DNA of 64,000 nt from Eledone cirrhosa (GCA_964016885.1 OZ024743.1:56234001-56298000), one strand, 5' to 3'; positions 1 to 15,900 are shown, counted from the stretch's first letter. The notes: generated by a model from the sequence alone, not told the origin. Numbers and translations: made by a program.

Positions 1-449
1 GTTCTCCGCCGGTGTTCGCAGGGGTTATGTTCCTAGAGCACCCGCGAAGAGTGAAAAACCGTGAATATTGGACGTAGTCTATAAAAATGCCTATAGATGT
101 CAAAACATAAGGTAAAATATAGTCCGACAAATACGGTATATTGTTATTAGATCTGAGTTCAAATCCCGCCGAAGTTGACTTTGCCTTTCATCCTTACGGG
201 GTCGATAAAATAAAGTACCAGTAATGCACTGGGTAATTGCTGGCCTTGTGCCTAAAGTAGAAACAGTTATTAATAATCTAGCGTTAAAAGTGTGAAAAAA
301 TATATATATTGCCACGAAAAAAGCCATTAAAAAATTGCGAAAGATAATTATAATCCCGCGAATATGCGGTGGTTTCCCTGAACAATTATTAATTAGGGTC
401 TAATGAAAATTCCGCGAATAACCGGAACCGCGAATGCCGGGTTACACTG
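1..449. mobile_element. pogo/Tigger-like non-autonomous DNA transposon (MITE); left end outside window
   Basis: Ends ...accgcgaatgccgggttacactg followed by TA. The reverse complement begins CAGT, as in Tigger TIRs. Internal ccgcgaa repeats and ggggttatgttcctagagcacccgcg resemble MER2-type subterminal sequence. Interrupted by a SINE fragment. Confidence 0.55.
151..276 (+). mobile_element. tRNA-derived SINE, 5'-truncated (family 1)
   Basis: B-box gagttcaaatccc, core gcctttcatccttacggggtcgataaaataaagtacc, tail ggccttgtgcctaaagtagaaac. About nine copies occur in the window. Confidence 0.85.
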
Positions 450-3054
<2,605 letters not shown>

Positions 3055-5252
3055 CTCCACCTCGTGCGATACATCATAGAGAGTGTAGGGGTAAATCTGG
3101 CTTCGGTGGGGCTCTGATCAATTTAGATTAATGTAAGGCATTTGATAGGGTCGACCATCAATACTTGGAAGCGGTTCTCAAGGCGGCTGGTTTCGGTCCC
3201 ATCTTCACAGGCTCGATCGCTGCCATGCACAGCAATATCTGCTTGGCAATCAAGGTGAAACGCTACCTATCGGAGCCATTCCAAATCATGTGTTCCATCC
3301 GTCAGAGATGCCCTCCATTCTGTATGTGCTAACTCTCGAGCCACTACTGCGGAAGTTGGAGCTATTCAGCGAAAAGCCGCGTCGGCCTATGCCGACGACG
3401 TGATCGTAATGGTGTCGAAAACCTCGGAAATCGGTAACTTATTACAGGAATACGAAACGTTGACATGAACAAAAGTAAACCAGAACAAGTCTGTCGGTTT
3501 GCAACTCGGCACATGGCGAGGCAAATCCATGCCGTCTGACAGTGTCGTTAGATGCTGGACGGAAGGACCGGCGAAATTGCTCGTGGTCTGGTTTCGTCTA
3601 GACCTCCAGGTGGACAAAAACTGGAACAAGGCCACGGCGAAGGTATTTGCACTCACCCAGAAGGGGGCTGAGTGCAAATTCTCCATAAAAAGTCGAGCGG
3701 AGGTGGCGAACTCTTACATAGCGTCCGTCATCTACTACCGCTTGACAGTTGTGCCGTGTCTCCGCGATCACCTCACCAAAATGGAACGTCTACTCTTTAA
3801 GTTCCTTTGGAAGAAACAGCCTCCATTAGTGAGGAGTTCCATCTGCTGCCAACGCCTTTCTAACGGAGGGCTGGGCATTACCTTGCTGATGCTGCACAAA
3901 CAAGCGCTGAGGCTACGCCATCTCCAGGTATTCCTGACCGGTGAACCGGTGTGATTGTCGTTTGTGAGACGAGCTTTTCCACAAGTCGTCTCGCTAACGG
4001 AGTTGCAGTCCTGGCTCAAGCGAAGACCGAAAATGGGCGCCTGGCACCTCGAGTGCGTTCAAGCACTCACAACCCTCTACCAAGTGGAAACGTCAATCAG
4101 CGGAGACTCCACGTCAACATTCTATCGGGGATTAGTGGGAGATAAGTGCGACGACGTTATCGAGGAAGACTCTGGGCATCGAAGAGGACGAACTGGCCAC
4201 TCTGTCCGGGAGGACTTTCCGTCCAGAGCCTATGGATAACTTCCAGAGGTCTCTGGCCTGGCAATGCTACCGAGGAGCTCTACCAGTTCGAGACAAAATC
4301 TACAGGCACGGACACCCTGGAAGCGATCCTGTTGAAAGGAACTGTCCAAGATGCGAGCAGGACATTGAAACCGTTCAATTGTTTAGTGCCCAGGGGTGAC
4401 CAGCCTGTGGAATTATGTCAAACTGCTACTGTCACGTGTGGGACACATCCAGTTGTCAGCCGAGTCCATCGTGAGGATCACCCCCGCCGCCTTCATTTAA
4501 CAATCAATGAGAGGCAGTTTTCCTCTGTCTGGTGGCTATGGCGAAAGAGGTAATATGGTGAACGAGGTTGAAAGGACTGAAGGCACGCACCTTTCTCCCC
4601 GGACAACAACTCATCCCCTTCTTTAAATATCACTTCAGAAGGAAAGAGAGAGGTGCTATACCCAGTAAATTCGCTGAAAGGCGGGTGAATGTGGAAAAAG
4701 TGGCCCGAGTGAATGGGCCTTCTCTATATATAAACCTGTACATTGAGGAAGAGAAAAGAGCGAAGACGGGAAACCAGGATGGGTGTGTGTTGCTCGATTC
4801 CAAGCAAATGTATGCAGCTTTCCAGCGGCACTTTGCACAACTTTTCTAGACGAGCGGAGAGACGAACGTGGCTGAAATGACTGAAGACAGACACGTTCCC
4901 CTTCGGCAAAGCCTTTATCGACTTTTTCAAGTTCCGCTTGAAAAGGAAGTTGAAGGTGGAGAGAAAAGTGTTCCCTTCCCCCAATACATTTGTGAAAAGG
5001 TGAGTTAATGTAACGAGAATGGCCAGTGTCGTTTGGTCTACTCTAAGCACGCGTCTGTAGATTGGATCAAACGGTGAAGATAGGTACATTTCCAGTGGTG
5101 TTCTTGATTTCAGATTTGTTGGATGAATTCCTAAATTAGCCTGGATGGGGGGGGGGGGGGGGGGGGCTTATTGTTATTTTCAATTTCTTGTTAATTGTTA
5201 CCTGTTTTCTTTTTCTACACGTTTATTCATATGTAAATCCCCACTGTTTATT
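3055..5252 (+). mobile_element. Tx1-clade LINE copy A: 5'-truncated, degenerate, mosaic 3' end
   Basis: Starts right after (TCTA)n. RT motifs GGALINLD, YADD, LQLGTWRGK and C-terminal RHALRLRHL / ARVNGPSL match copy B, with many stops and frameshifts. Confidence 0.9.
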
Positions 5253-5754
5253 GGGGGAGTTTGTTGCGGTCCTCTGGAAAGCCCTCTTCAATCATTGCCA
5301 TGAGTTTTATCATACTGGGGTCGGTCGATGTGTCATCAATACACTTCACTGCGATAGATTACAGTGACATCATTGTTTCCTTCAGCAACACACTTTATTT
5401 CACGTTTCCCCAGTCCACATAGCTTTATAAAAAAAAATGGGTTGTACCCGAAATTGAAGGCCGTCTCGTCACACATTGAACGGACAAATTTTAAATCACT
5501 TTAATATCTTGAAATTGATTTTGGACAATACAGTGGAACCGGTATGGAATATTAGCTTGAATATCAGATCTTTTAATAGAAAAATACAAAATTAGCATTT
5601 TAATAACAGACCGTTTAATAATACTATTCAAAATGAATCTATATATAACAGACCGTTTAATAGAAAAATACAAAATGATCTTTGAATAACATACCACTTA
5701 ATAAAGCTATACAAATTACCTTCAATAACAGAACGTTTGTTATGGAATGTGAAA

Positions 5755-6092
5755 TGGACCTCTGTTGGTTTCGACAATGTGTATTCCAGTTGTTCAATCA
5801 ACGAGAGAGCCTGCTCAGGAAATTAACGTGTGGGTAGCTGAGTATTTCACAGACACGTGTGCCTTATTTTCAGGAGATTCAACGTGACCCAGTGTGTGAC
5901 AAGACTGGCCCTGATTTACAGGCACAGTCCATCCTCCGGGCTCCCAAACAGTTTCCGTCAACCGAATGTCATTATAATCATGGGTCGACCCGGTGCTATG
6001 GAAAATGAAACTTGTCCAAGATGCTACACAATCGGATCGAACTCAGAACCTAATGAATGCAAAGTGAACTCCTTAACCATCCGGCCATGCTT
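5755..6092 (-). mobile_element. tRNA-derived SINE (family 2)
   Basis: Minus-strand A-box TGGCCGGATGG and B-box GTTCGATCC. The body is the reverse complement of 33400-33575. Confidence 0.7.
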
Positions 6093-6265
6093 CGTCCAGA
6101 CTGTTTAATATAACTATACAAAATAAGCTTTGAATAAAAAATCTTTAAATACTAAATGTGCTTTGAACAGCAGACAGCTTAATACAACTATCGAAAATGA
6201 GCCTTGAATAAAAAAATTTCTTAACGCAACTATAGAAAATAAGCATTGAATGATAGATTATTTAA

Positions 6266-6730
6266 CAGAGATGGGGAACATGTGACCTTAAGGCCGCATG
6301 CAGCTTTCTATGCCATTCTGTGCGGCCTTTTGAAAAAATAAAAAAATGTTCAATAAATTTTTAATGTTTATCATTATGTTTTTATCTATTTCTTATTATT
6401 TCAATTTAAACCATAAGATGAACGTAAAGGAAAATTCAATGAAATAATCCACACTGACAGACAGCCAGAATTTCAAAAAGTAAATCATAAGGACCATTTC
6501 AGCAATTTTTACGCTCATGTTTTAGTTCTAATGCGATTCTAGAATGTACATTAAATTCCTGCTTGACTGAAGCCACTATCACCCGAGGCTGGTTAGTGTG
6601 AACCTGCGGGGGTACGCCAGTGATTTATCAAAATTTAAAAAATATATAATTATGGTTTCTTGATTGCGCCCTTATTATGTTACAAGTAACTTAATGCGGC
6701 CTTTCAACATGAAAATGTTCCCCACCTCTG
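6266..6730. mobile_element. hAT (Charlie-like) MITE
   Basis: 16-bp TIRs cagagatggggaacat / atgttccccacctctg (1 mismatch). Near-perfect 8-bp TSD atttaaca / gtttaaca, the left copy overlapping the first CA. Confidence 0.8.
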
Positions 6731-7149
6731 GTTTAACACAACTATACATAATGAGCCTTCCAATTAAAATTTGATGAAGTTAACAGCAGGAAATTAACTG
6801 AAAGTCAAATAGCATAGAGCCAAAATATGAAAATCTAAATCTCCTGATGCATATGTCAATACTTACATTTTCAACTTATCGGGTAGAAGTGAGGAAGACA
6901 AACAGAAGCCATGTAAATATCTTGAAACAGAGTGGGCCTGTAGAAAATCAAATGTTTTTGAAACTTAGTCGGTTCCGGTGACTAGAGTGAAAGTTGTTGA
7001 TCAAGGAAGCAGTCTAGTCATGAAATTAACGTGCAAACGGCTAGGCATTCCATAGACACGAGTACCTCTAACGTTATTCCCAAAAAAAATCAGCATAGAA
7101 CATTGTGCAAAGGTAGAATAATATCTAACAATCTGATTTGTACACATTC

Positions 7150-7232
7150 AGATAGATGGATAGATAGGTAGGTAGGTAGGTACAGTAAGATAGATACATA
7201 GGCAGATAGATAGATAGATAGATAGATAGATA
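7150..7232. repeat. (GATA)n/(GGTA)n microsatellite flanking copy B
   Basis: Directly visible; abuts the 3' end of B. Confidence 0.9.
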
Positions 7233-7463
7233 AATTTCTATTTATTTGCCACGAGGGCACAAAAGAAGGGGACAAATACACAGTGGGGGAGTTTACATAA
7301 ATCGAGTAAAGAAAAAGGAATAACAATAATAATATAATAATAAAAAGTCCTCAAAAGGGAGGGGGCGTGTTCGGGATTGCACATACCCCCGAAAAGTGTG
7401 CAACCCTTTTCGCGGGGGAAGCCCAGAGAGGAGGTGCTCCCCCTTTCCTCTTCACTTCTTCAC

Positions 7464-10400
7464 CTACAGAACAATGTAGAGAGAAGGCCCATTTACACGA
7501 GCCATTCTCGCTTCTTTCACCCACCATTCATAAAACTGTCTGGGGCCAAGCACTTCTCTCTCCATCCTGATCCTTCTTCCGAAGTGGTATCGGAAGAAGT
7601 AAACCAGGTGATGGCCGGAGAGAAAGTCACCCGACCTCAGACCTTTCAGGCGCGTCCACCACACAACCTCTTTCATCATGGCTATTACGCACAGAAAGAC
7701 CGCCTCTGCTTCGTTTCTAAAGGGAGGCGGCGGCTTGATGTTCACCACAGACTCGGCGGTTAATCGAATCGGCGCCACACGCGACAGCAGTCGTTCGACG
7801 TAGCCCCACAGATCGGCAACGCCCGTGCAGTGTACCAGTGCATGCGCAACGGTTTCCTCGTCGCTCACGCATCTGGGACAGATCTTTTTCGCTGGATCCC
7901 TGCCCGGGCGCCCGTGTCTGTAGAGCTTTTCTCGAACGGGCAGAGCCCCCCGGTAACACTGCCAGGCTAGGGACCTCTGGAAGTTGTCCATGGGTCCCGG
8001 GCCGAAAGTTCTACCGAACAGGCTGGCCAGTTCGTCCTCCTCCATGCCTAGCGACTCTCCAAGGGTGTCGTCGCCCCTGCTAGCCACCAGCCCTCTATAG
8101 AATGTCGAGGTGGATTCTCCACTGACAGTCGGGTCCGCTTGCCAGATAGCCGTGAGCGCCTGGGCACACTCGGTGTGCCAGTTGCCCAGTTTTCTCGGTC
8201 TTTGCTTCACCCAGGATTGCAGCTCGGTGAGCGAGACGAGCTGTGGGAAGGCTCGCCTCACAAACGGGGCCCACACCGGCTGACCGGTGAGGAATACCTG
8301 TAGATGCCGTAGCCTCAATGCGTGCCTACGCATCAACAGCTACGGCATACCCAGCCCTCCTTTCGAAGGGTGCTGGCAGCAGATGGATCTCCTCACCATG
8401 GGAGGCCGCTTCTTCCAGAGGAACTGGAAGAGCATGCGTTCCATGATGGTGATCTTTTCCTTGGGGCAAGGCACGACGGTCAGGCGGTAGCAGATGACGG
8501 ACGCTATGTAAGCGTTCGTCACCTCCGCCCGACCTTTCAGTGATAGTTTGCACTTGGCCCACTTCTGGGTCAGCGCAAACACCCTGCTCGTCACCTCGCC
8601 CCAATTCTTCTCCACCTGGAGGTCCGGTCCGAACCAGACCCCGAGCAGCATCACCGGGCCCTCCGTCCACCGCCCGACGACACCGTCTAACGGCATCGGT
8701 TTGCCCCTCCACGTTCCGAGTTGCAAACCGACTGACTTGTCCCGGTTCAGCCTAGCCCCCGTCAGCCTTTCGTATTCCTCCAGTAGGGTGGCGATCGCCC
8801 CGATTTCCGAGGCGTCCGCCACCATTACCGTTACGTCGTCGGCATAGGCCGAGACCGCTTTGTGCAATCCCGGTTCCAGGGGTATGCCCCGCAGCAACTC
8901 CAACTTCCGCAGCAGTGGCTCGAGAGTCAATACGTACAGAAGGGAGGAGAGGGGGCACCCCTGTCTGATGGACCGGGTGATTTGAAACGGCTCCGAGAGG
9001 TAGCCGTTTACTTTAATCCTAGAGTAGATGTTGCCACTGTGCATGGCAGAAATCCAGCCCCTGAAAACGGGTCCGAAGCCCGCCGCCGCTAGCACCGCAT
9101 CCAGGTAACCATGGTCGACCCTATCGAACGCCTTAGATTGATCCAAGTTGATCAGGGCCCCACCAAAGCCGGGTTCGTTGCCAACCCTCTCTATGATGTA
9201 TCGCATGAGGTGGAGGTTGTCGTGAATGGACCTGGACGGGATAGCGCATGTCTGCGCGTCTCCCACCAGACCACCCACCACAAGCGCCAACCTCTTCGCC
9301 AACACCTTGGCCAAAATCTGTAACTCTGCATTCAGCAGAGTTATGGGCCTAAAGTTACTTAAGTCGTCCCCCTTGCTCTCGTCCTTCCTCACTAGCGTGA
9401 CCACGCCCTTGGTCACAGAACAGGGAATTCTCCCGTTCTGTTGCCAGTTGCAATAGACAGCCTCGAGGAGTTCGGAGAACAAGACCGGCATAGCTAAATA
9501 AAGTTCGTATGGTAGACCATCGAGACCCGGAGATTTGCGTCTGCTGCATTGGCTGAGCGCTTCCCCGATTTCAGTGGCTGTGATTGGCCTTTCGCAGCAC
9601 TCCGCTTCGCCGCTCGAAAGACGCGGTAGACCGTCAAGGTATGGACCGAAGTCCACATCCCCGTCCGGCCCCCCGCCCCCTCCGAACAGTCGAGCAAAGT
9701 GCCTTTGAAAGGCCTCGCACATCCGCTCAGGTTCAAGGATCACCCGTCCATCCTGGTCTCGCAAAGACCGAATGGTGGATTTAATCCCACTCTTGGCTTC
9801 TGTCACGCGGGCCCAGCTAACAGCTTTGGTCCCCTCGTTTCCTAAAGCACGTATTTTACTTCGGACAACGCAGCCTTCGTGCTTCGCGTCAAAGAACTGG
9901 CTCAACGCCGTTCTCGCCGCTAATACTCTGGCTACGTCTCCGCTCCTAATCGCCTCTTCTAGTTTATCTGTTAACTCCCTTTCCTTCCTATTTCTATTCG
10001 CCGCTAGTTCCTTACTGTAACCTATCGAACTTACTCTAATCTCTCTCTTTAGAGATACCCACCACCTACTGTTGACAATCGCTCCCGTCAACCGCATCTT
10101 AACTAAGCTACTAATCCGGTTCCTGTAATCTTTCTTTGCCGGCAAGGACAAGTTCATCTTCCAGTAACCGGGACCCTGTCTATGCGTTCTATCAAGGTTG
10201 ACCACGCAGGTCACTAATTTGTGATCTGAATAGCCAACCATGATCAATTCTGGACAACTAAATACGTCCCTATCCTTACTCCTAACCAAAAACCTATCTA
10301 GGTACGATCTAGATTGTCCACTGCGGTTTGCCCAGGTCCAGGTTGGCGCAGTTGGACAATCTAGTCGAAATCTATCGACCAGGTCGAATCGATCGAGTAA

Positions 10401-10913
10401 CCCCTTGAGGCTGCTACACCCCCCCCCCCCTCTATCGGGACATGCCCCTGCATAGTCCCAACGCGCATCTAGGATTCCATTCCAGTCCCCCACTAAAAGC
10501 AGGGAACGCGACGTTCCTAGAAAAGTCTCCAGACGCTGGAAGAAGTCGGCTCTTTCTGCCCCGAAGGGGGCATAAAGACCGACCAGTCTGAAAGCCCCGC
10601 CTTCACCGCCTCCGACGTCCAGCACCAGTATTCGACCCCCCGGGTCCGAGTGAACAATCTGTACGTCGAGAGCCAGACGTTTATCCAGCAGTACGGCAAC
10701 TCCTCCCCCCCCCCCGCCTCCGGGTTGACAGAGAGATGCGTGCATCTCAAAGTCATCGAAGGCGGGAGCCAGCTGTCGCACGCTGCTGATCCGACTCTCG
10801 CAAACAACCATCACATCTATACTTCGTGACCTGAGGTCACTTAGTAGCTTTGCTTGCTTCCAAGCTGAGCCCAGGCCACGCGCGTTCAAACAGCCAACTC
10901 TCAATTGATCTAT
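7464..10913 (-). pseudogene. ORF2 of B: APE endonuclease + reverse transcriptase + C-terminal Cys/His domain; one in-frame TAG and an ATA start
   Basis: EN motifs LNARGL, GDWN, SYLDR, SDH; RT motifs PGLDG, FRPITLLN, LDQSKAFD, QGCPLS, YADD; C-terminal CPRC..ETVAHALVHC. ORFs 8340-10904 and 7464-8336 are in frame, split by TAG at 8340-8342 where paralogues have TGG. Confidence 0.93.
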
Positions 10914-11057
10914 TTTGGTGTTGAAAGTGAAGAAAGAAAAGCACTTCCCTCTCCGGGTTGTGTAATTTCCATGGCGTCAGGTGTGTTGGGTGGAGGGATG
11001 TTTTGTGGTGGTGTGGGGGTGCCCGAGTGTGGTTGGGTTGGGGTGTTTGGAGTTGTG

Positions 11058-12731
11058 TCAGGGAGAGGGGAGGTTATGGGGAAATCTTTCAAGAGGACGC
11101 GATTTAACGGTTTTCAACAGGGGGGGGCTCACGTCCTGTCTAAATTGTTCTTTTAAGGAACGATAAAGGTCCAGAGGGACCTTTATCATTTTTAAATGGG
11201 TGAAGTTCTCTGTTGAGATAAAGTTTGGCCCTTCGGTCTGCACCAAAGGGCTATTGTTTATTAATTTAACCAGTTTTTTGTTTTCTTTATTTATATATGT
11301 GTATTGCAATGTCTTTTTTTGTGATGCTGTCAATGTTTCGGAGGGGGGAGGCGCAGATTTATTTTTGTTTGTTGAGGGTGGGGTGTTTTTTATTGGAGTT
11401 GGTGTTTGTGTGTGGGTTATTTGTGGTGTGCTGGGTGTGTGCTTTCTTTTTTTTTCTTTTAACTTGTCTGAAGGCTTCTCCTCCTTCTTCTTCAGAAGTT
11501 GGGGGAAACTCTTCAGCGCTAGGTGGGAGGGACGTCGTGTCTGGTTTTTTTTTTTGCGGGAGGGGTAGATTTGTTGCTGTTTTTTTTTATTATTTGTTTG
11601 GAATGCGTTTTGTGGTGGTGGTGGTGCTGTTTGTGTCGTGCTTGTGGTTGGTAATGGTGGTGATGGTGTTTGTGTTGGTGATGGTGGTGGTGGTGATTTT
11701 TGTGTCGAGCTTGTGTTTGCTGCTGGTGGTGGTGATGTGCTTGGTGGTGTTTGTATTTTGTTTGCTGTGTGTGGTATTAGTGTATTTTTGGAGGTGGGTG
11801 GTGTTGGTGTACTGTTTGTGGTGCGTGTGGGCAATAGTCCTTTTTGGGGGACACGTTTCGGGCAGTTAGCCTTAATGTGTCCCCTTTCCATGCATAAATA
11901 GCATGCTGGTCTTCTCCCCTCTACAATTATATCTATTGGGGTGAGCTCATCCAGCCAGATGCGATCCGGGATTTGTGCTATTCTTTCGGGCCTCATTTGG
12001 ACTAGTAGGTCGAGGCCCATTCCCAGGAACGCATCTCCGGATGCCTTCCCCATTGACAGCACTGTGTCCTCGCCCATGTCTATGAAGCCAGCAATAGCCC
12101 ACCAGAAGTCCATTGTGGGCAGCATTGTTTGTATTTTTACTCTCTGTGTTCTTCTACCCATGTAGGAGGGATAGAAGCTGTATGTTGTCGATGAGAGTGG
12201 GCTTATGGAAAGCTTCTCCGCCGTTTCCTTGTCTTTTGTTAGGACCGAAATGCTGCCATAGAGTCGGTCCTTTCGTATGAAGAGAATATTCTTCATATAG
12301 TCTTTTAGGACCAACTCTATCTCCATTTGGCTGGGCTGTGCTGGCTTTCTTGTTTCGTTTAGGATTGTTCTGAAGAGAACTGTGTTCTCTGTTCTCGCTT
12401 TCTTGAATTCTGGGGGGGAGTTAATGGAAAACATTCCATTTTCCCCCAAAACAATGTGTTTCTTTGCTTCGGCCAGTTTTTCTCTGGCGGCCGTTAGGTC
12501 AATTGGTGTGTATGTAATGGATTGTTTTGTTTTCTGGGCGAAAGTTGCCCTGTTGTTATTTGTATTATTTTCTGTTTGTTTGTTTTCCGTTTGCTCATTT
12601 TCCTTAACATTTGTTTTTTCATTTTCTTTGTTTGTTTCGTTGTCTAATTTTGTTGTAATTATTTTTTGTTCTTCAGACTTGGGGGGCGTGGCAGAGCTAA
12701 TGGCAGACATGTCTGCCATCTTTTCCGCCAT
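11058..12731 (-). CDS. ORF1 of B: nucleic-acid-binding protein with CCHC zinc knuckle and Pro/Thr-rich tail
   Basis: 557 aa with GRRPACYLCMERGHIKANC. The homologous C-terminus (PNTPDAME) lies in another frame at 10910-11092, implying a late frameshift. Confidence 0.85.
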   Translation of the reverse strand: MAEKMADMSAISSATPPKSEEQKIITTKLDNETNKENEKTNVKENEQTENKQTENNTNNNRATFAQKTKQSITYTPIDLTAAREKLAEAKKHIVLGENGMFSINSPPEFKKARTENTVLFRTILNETRKPAQPSQMEIELVLKDYMKNILFIRKDRLYGSISVLTKDKETAEKLSISPLSSTTYSFYPSYMGRRTQRVKIQTMLPTMDFWWAIAGFIDMGEDTVLSMGKASGDAFLGMGLDLLVQMRPERIAQIPDRIWLDELTPIDIIVEGRRPACYLCMERGHIKANCPKRVPQKGLLPTRTTNSTPTPPTSKNTLIPHTANKIQTPPSTSPPPAANTSSTQKSPPPPSPTQTPSPPLPTTSTTQTAPPPPQNAFQTNNKKKQQQIYPSRKKKNQTRRPSHLALKSFPQLLKKKEEKPSDKLKEKKRKHTPSTPQITHTQTPTPIKNTPPSTNKNKSAPPPSETLTASQKKTLQYTYINKENKKLVKLINNSPLVQTEGPNFISTENFTHLKMIKVPLDLYRSLKEQFRQDVSPPLLKTVKSRPLERFPHNLPSP

Positions 12732-12954
12732 GCTGCCAAGAACGAAATTTTTCGGTAAAATTAGATATTTATTTTACCCCCTAAAAAGGGGGTAAATGCA
12801 AAAATGTTTCCCTAAATAACAGGGGTTAGTGTTCCAAATGTGTTGCACTGAAAAATTTATCCGGTACTTACAATAGTAAGGGTAAATCCCGATGGAATAG
12901 CGGAGCCGATGTGAAGCGTGTCTTACTCTATCAAGATAGATAGATAGATAGATA

Positions 12955-15900
12955 TATTTCTTTATTTACCATAAAGGCATAAAAAGAAGGGACAAATACA
13001 AAGGGGGAGTTTACATACAATCGAGAAAAAAAGGTATAAAATGAAAATAATCGAAAACAACCTCAAAAGGGAGGGGACGTGATGGGGGTTGCACACACCC
13101 CCGAAAAAGTGTGCAATCCTTTGCCCGGGGAGCACATGGAGAAGGTGCTCCCCTCTCCTTCACTTCTTTACCTACAGGATGGTATACAGAGAAGGCCCAT
13201 TTACACGAGCCATTATCGCCACTATCACCCACCTTTCATAAAACTGCCTGTGGCCAAGCACCTCTCTCTCCATTCTTATCCTTCTTCCGAAGTGATATCG
13301 GAAGAAGTAGACCAGACTATGGCCAGAGAGGAAGTTTCCTGACCTCAGACCTTTCAATCGTGTCCACCAAACAACCTCTTTCAACATGGCTATTACGCAC
13401 AGAAAAACCGCCTTTGCTTCCTTTGTGAAGAGGGGAGGCGGTTTGATTGTCATCACGGACTCGGCGGTCAATTGAATCGGCGCCACCCGCGACAGCAGTC
13501 GTTCGGCGTAGCCCCACAGATCAGCCACGCCCGGACATTGCACCAATGCGTGCGCAACGGTTTCTTCGTGACGCACGCATCTAGGGCAAATCTTTTTCGA
13601 GGGATCCCTGACCGGGCGCCCGTGTCCGTAGAGCCTCTCTCGAACGGGTAGAGCCCCCCGGTAGCACTGCCAGGCTAGTGACTTCTGGAAGTTGTCCATT
13701 GGTCCCGGGCCGAAAGTCCTACCGAACAGGCTGGCCAGTTCGTCCTCTTCCATATCCAGCGACTCTCCAAGGGTGTCATCGCCCCTGCTAGCCACCAGCC
13801 CTCTATAGAATGATGAGGTGGATTCTCCACCGATGGCCTGGCCCGCTTGCCAGAGAGCCCTGAGCGCCTGAGCACACTCAGTGTGCCAGTCTCCCAGTTT
13901 TCCGGATCTTTGCTTGACCCAGGACTGCAGCTCGGTGAGCGAGACGAGTCTCGGAAAGGCTCGTTTCACGAACGGAGCCCACACCGGTTGACCAGTGAGG
14001 AATACCTGTAGGTGCCGTAGCCTTAATGCGTGCCTACGCATCATCAACCACGGCATCCCCAGCCCTCCTTTCGAAGGTTGTTGGCAGCAGATGGATCTCT
14101 CACCATAGGAGGGCGCTTCTTCCAAAGAAATTGGAAGAGCATGCGTTCCATGGTGGTGAGTGTTTCCTTAGGGCAAGGCACGACAGTCAGGCGGTAGTAA
14201 GTGACGGACGCTATGTAAATGTTCGCCACTTCCGCCCGGCCTTTTAGGGACAGCTTACACTTGGCCCATTTCTGGGTTAGTGCAAACACCTTGTTCGTAA
14301 CCTCGTCGCAGTTCTTTTCCACCTGGAGGTCCGGTCCAAACCAGACCCCAAGCAACTTTACCGGGCCCTCCGTCCAGTGTCCGACGACACCGTCGGGAGG
14401 CATCGGTCTGCCTCTCCACGTTCCGAGTTGCAGCCCGATGGATTTTTCCCGGTTCAGTTTCGCTCTTGACAACCTTTCGTAATCCTCCAATAAGGTACCG
14501 ATCGCCTCGATCTCCGAGTCGGTCGATACCATTACTGTTACGTCATCGGCGTAGGCCGACACCGCTTTGCTCAATCCTGGTTCCAGGGGGATACCCTGCA
14601 ACAACTCCAACTTCCTCAGTAAAAGCTCGAGAGTCAATACGTACAGAAGGGAGGAGAGAGAGGGCACCCCTGTCGAATGGATCGTGTGATTTCGAACGGC
14701 TTCGAAAGGTAGCCGTTCACCTTGATCCTAGAACAGATGTGGTTGCTATGTAAGGCAGTGATCCAGCCTCTGAAAACAGGACCGAACTCAGCCGCCGCTA
14801 GCACCGCATCCAGGTAACCATGGTCGACCCTATCGAAGGCCTTAGACTGATCCAAGTTGATCAGGGCCCCACCGAAGCCGGGTTTGTTGCCAACCCTCTC
14901 TATGATGTATCGCATGAGGTGGAGGTTATCGTGAATGGACCTGGATGGGATAGCACATTCTGCGCATCTCCTACCAGGCTACCCACGACGAGCGCCAACC
15001 TCTTTGCTAACACCTTGGCCAAAATCTTTAACTCTGTGTTTAGCAGGGTTATGGGCCGAAAATTATTTATACTATCCCCCTTGTTCTCGTCCTTGGCTAC
15101 AGAACAAGGAATTCTCCCGTTCTGCTGCCAATTGCAGTAGACCGCTTCGAGGAGTTCGGAGAAGAAGACCGGCATTGCTAAATAAAGTTCGTAAGGTATA
15201 CCATCGAGACCTGGAGATTTGCGTCTGCTGCATTGGATCAGCGCATCCCCGATCTCATCAGCCGAGATTGGTCCCTCGCAGGACTCTGCCTCTTCGCTCG
15301 AGAGACGCGGCAGGCCGTCGAGGTATGGACCGAAATCCACGTCCCCGCCCGGACCCCCGCCTCCCCCGAATAATCGGGCAAAGTGCCTTTGAAAGGCCTC
15401 GCACATCTGCTTAGGCTCCCGGATCACCCGTCCATCCTCGTCTTGCAACGACCGGATGGTGGATCGATTTTCACTCTTAGCTTCTGTCAGGCGGGCCCAG
15501 CCAACGGCTTTGGCCCCCTCATTACCTAGAGCACGTATTTTACTTCGAATGACGCAGCCTTCGTGCTTTGCATCGAAAAACTGGTTCAAGGCCGTCCTCG
15601 ATGCCAGCACTCTGGCCACATCTTCGCTCTTGATTGCCTCTTCTAATTTACCTGTTAATTCTTTCTCGTTTCTATTCCTATCGGCAGCTAACATCTTGCT
15701 ATAACTTATTGATTCTGTTCTAATCTCTCTTTTGAGAGATGCCCACCATCGGTTGTTGACGATTGCACCCGTCAACCTCTCATTAACTAATCTGCTAATC
15801 CGGTTTCTGTAAGTCTCTTTTGCCGGTAAAGACAAATTAAGTTTCCAGTAACCGGGACCCTGTTTATGTGTTTTCTCGAGATTGATTACGCAGGTCACTA

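Larger units (their letters stand above)
5535..6765. repeat. Degenerate AT-rich minisatellite (~38-40 bp unit) interrupted by a SINE and a MITE
   Basis: Recurring unit like ttgaataacagaccgtttaatataactatacaaaatgagc at 5555-5740, 6100-6265 and 6731-6765. Confidence 0.65.
7233..12932 (-). mobile_element. Tx1-clade LINE copy B: full length, nearly intact, (GATA)n-flanked
   Basis: 5'UTR, ORF1, ORF2 and 3'UTR with AATAAA; (GATA)n on both sides. Confidence 0.95.
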
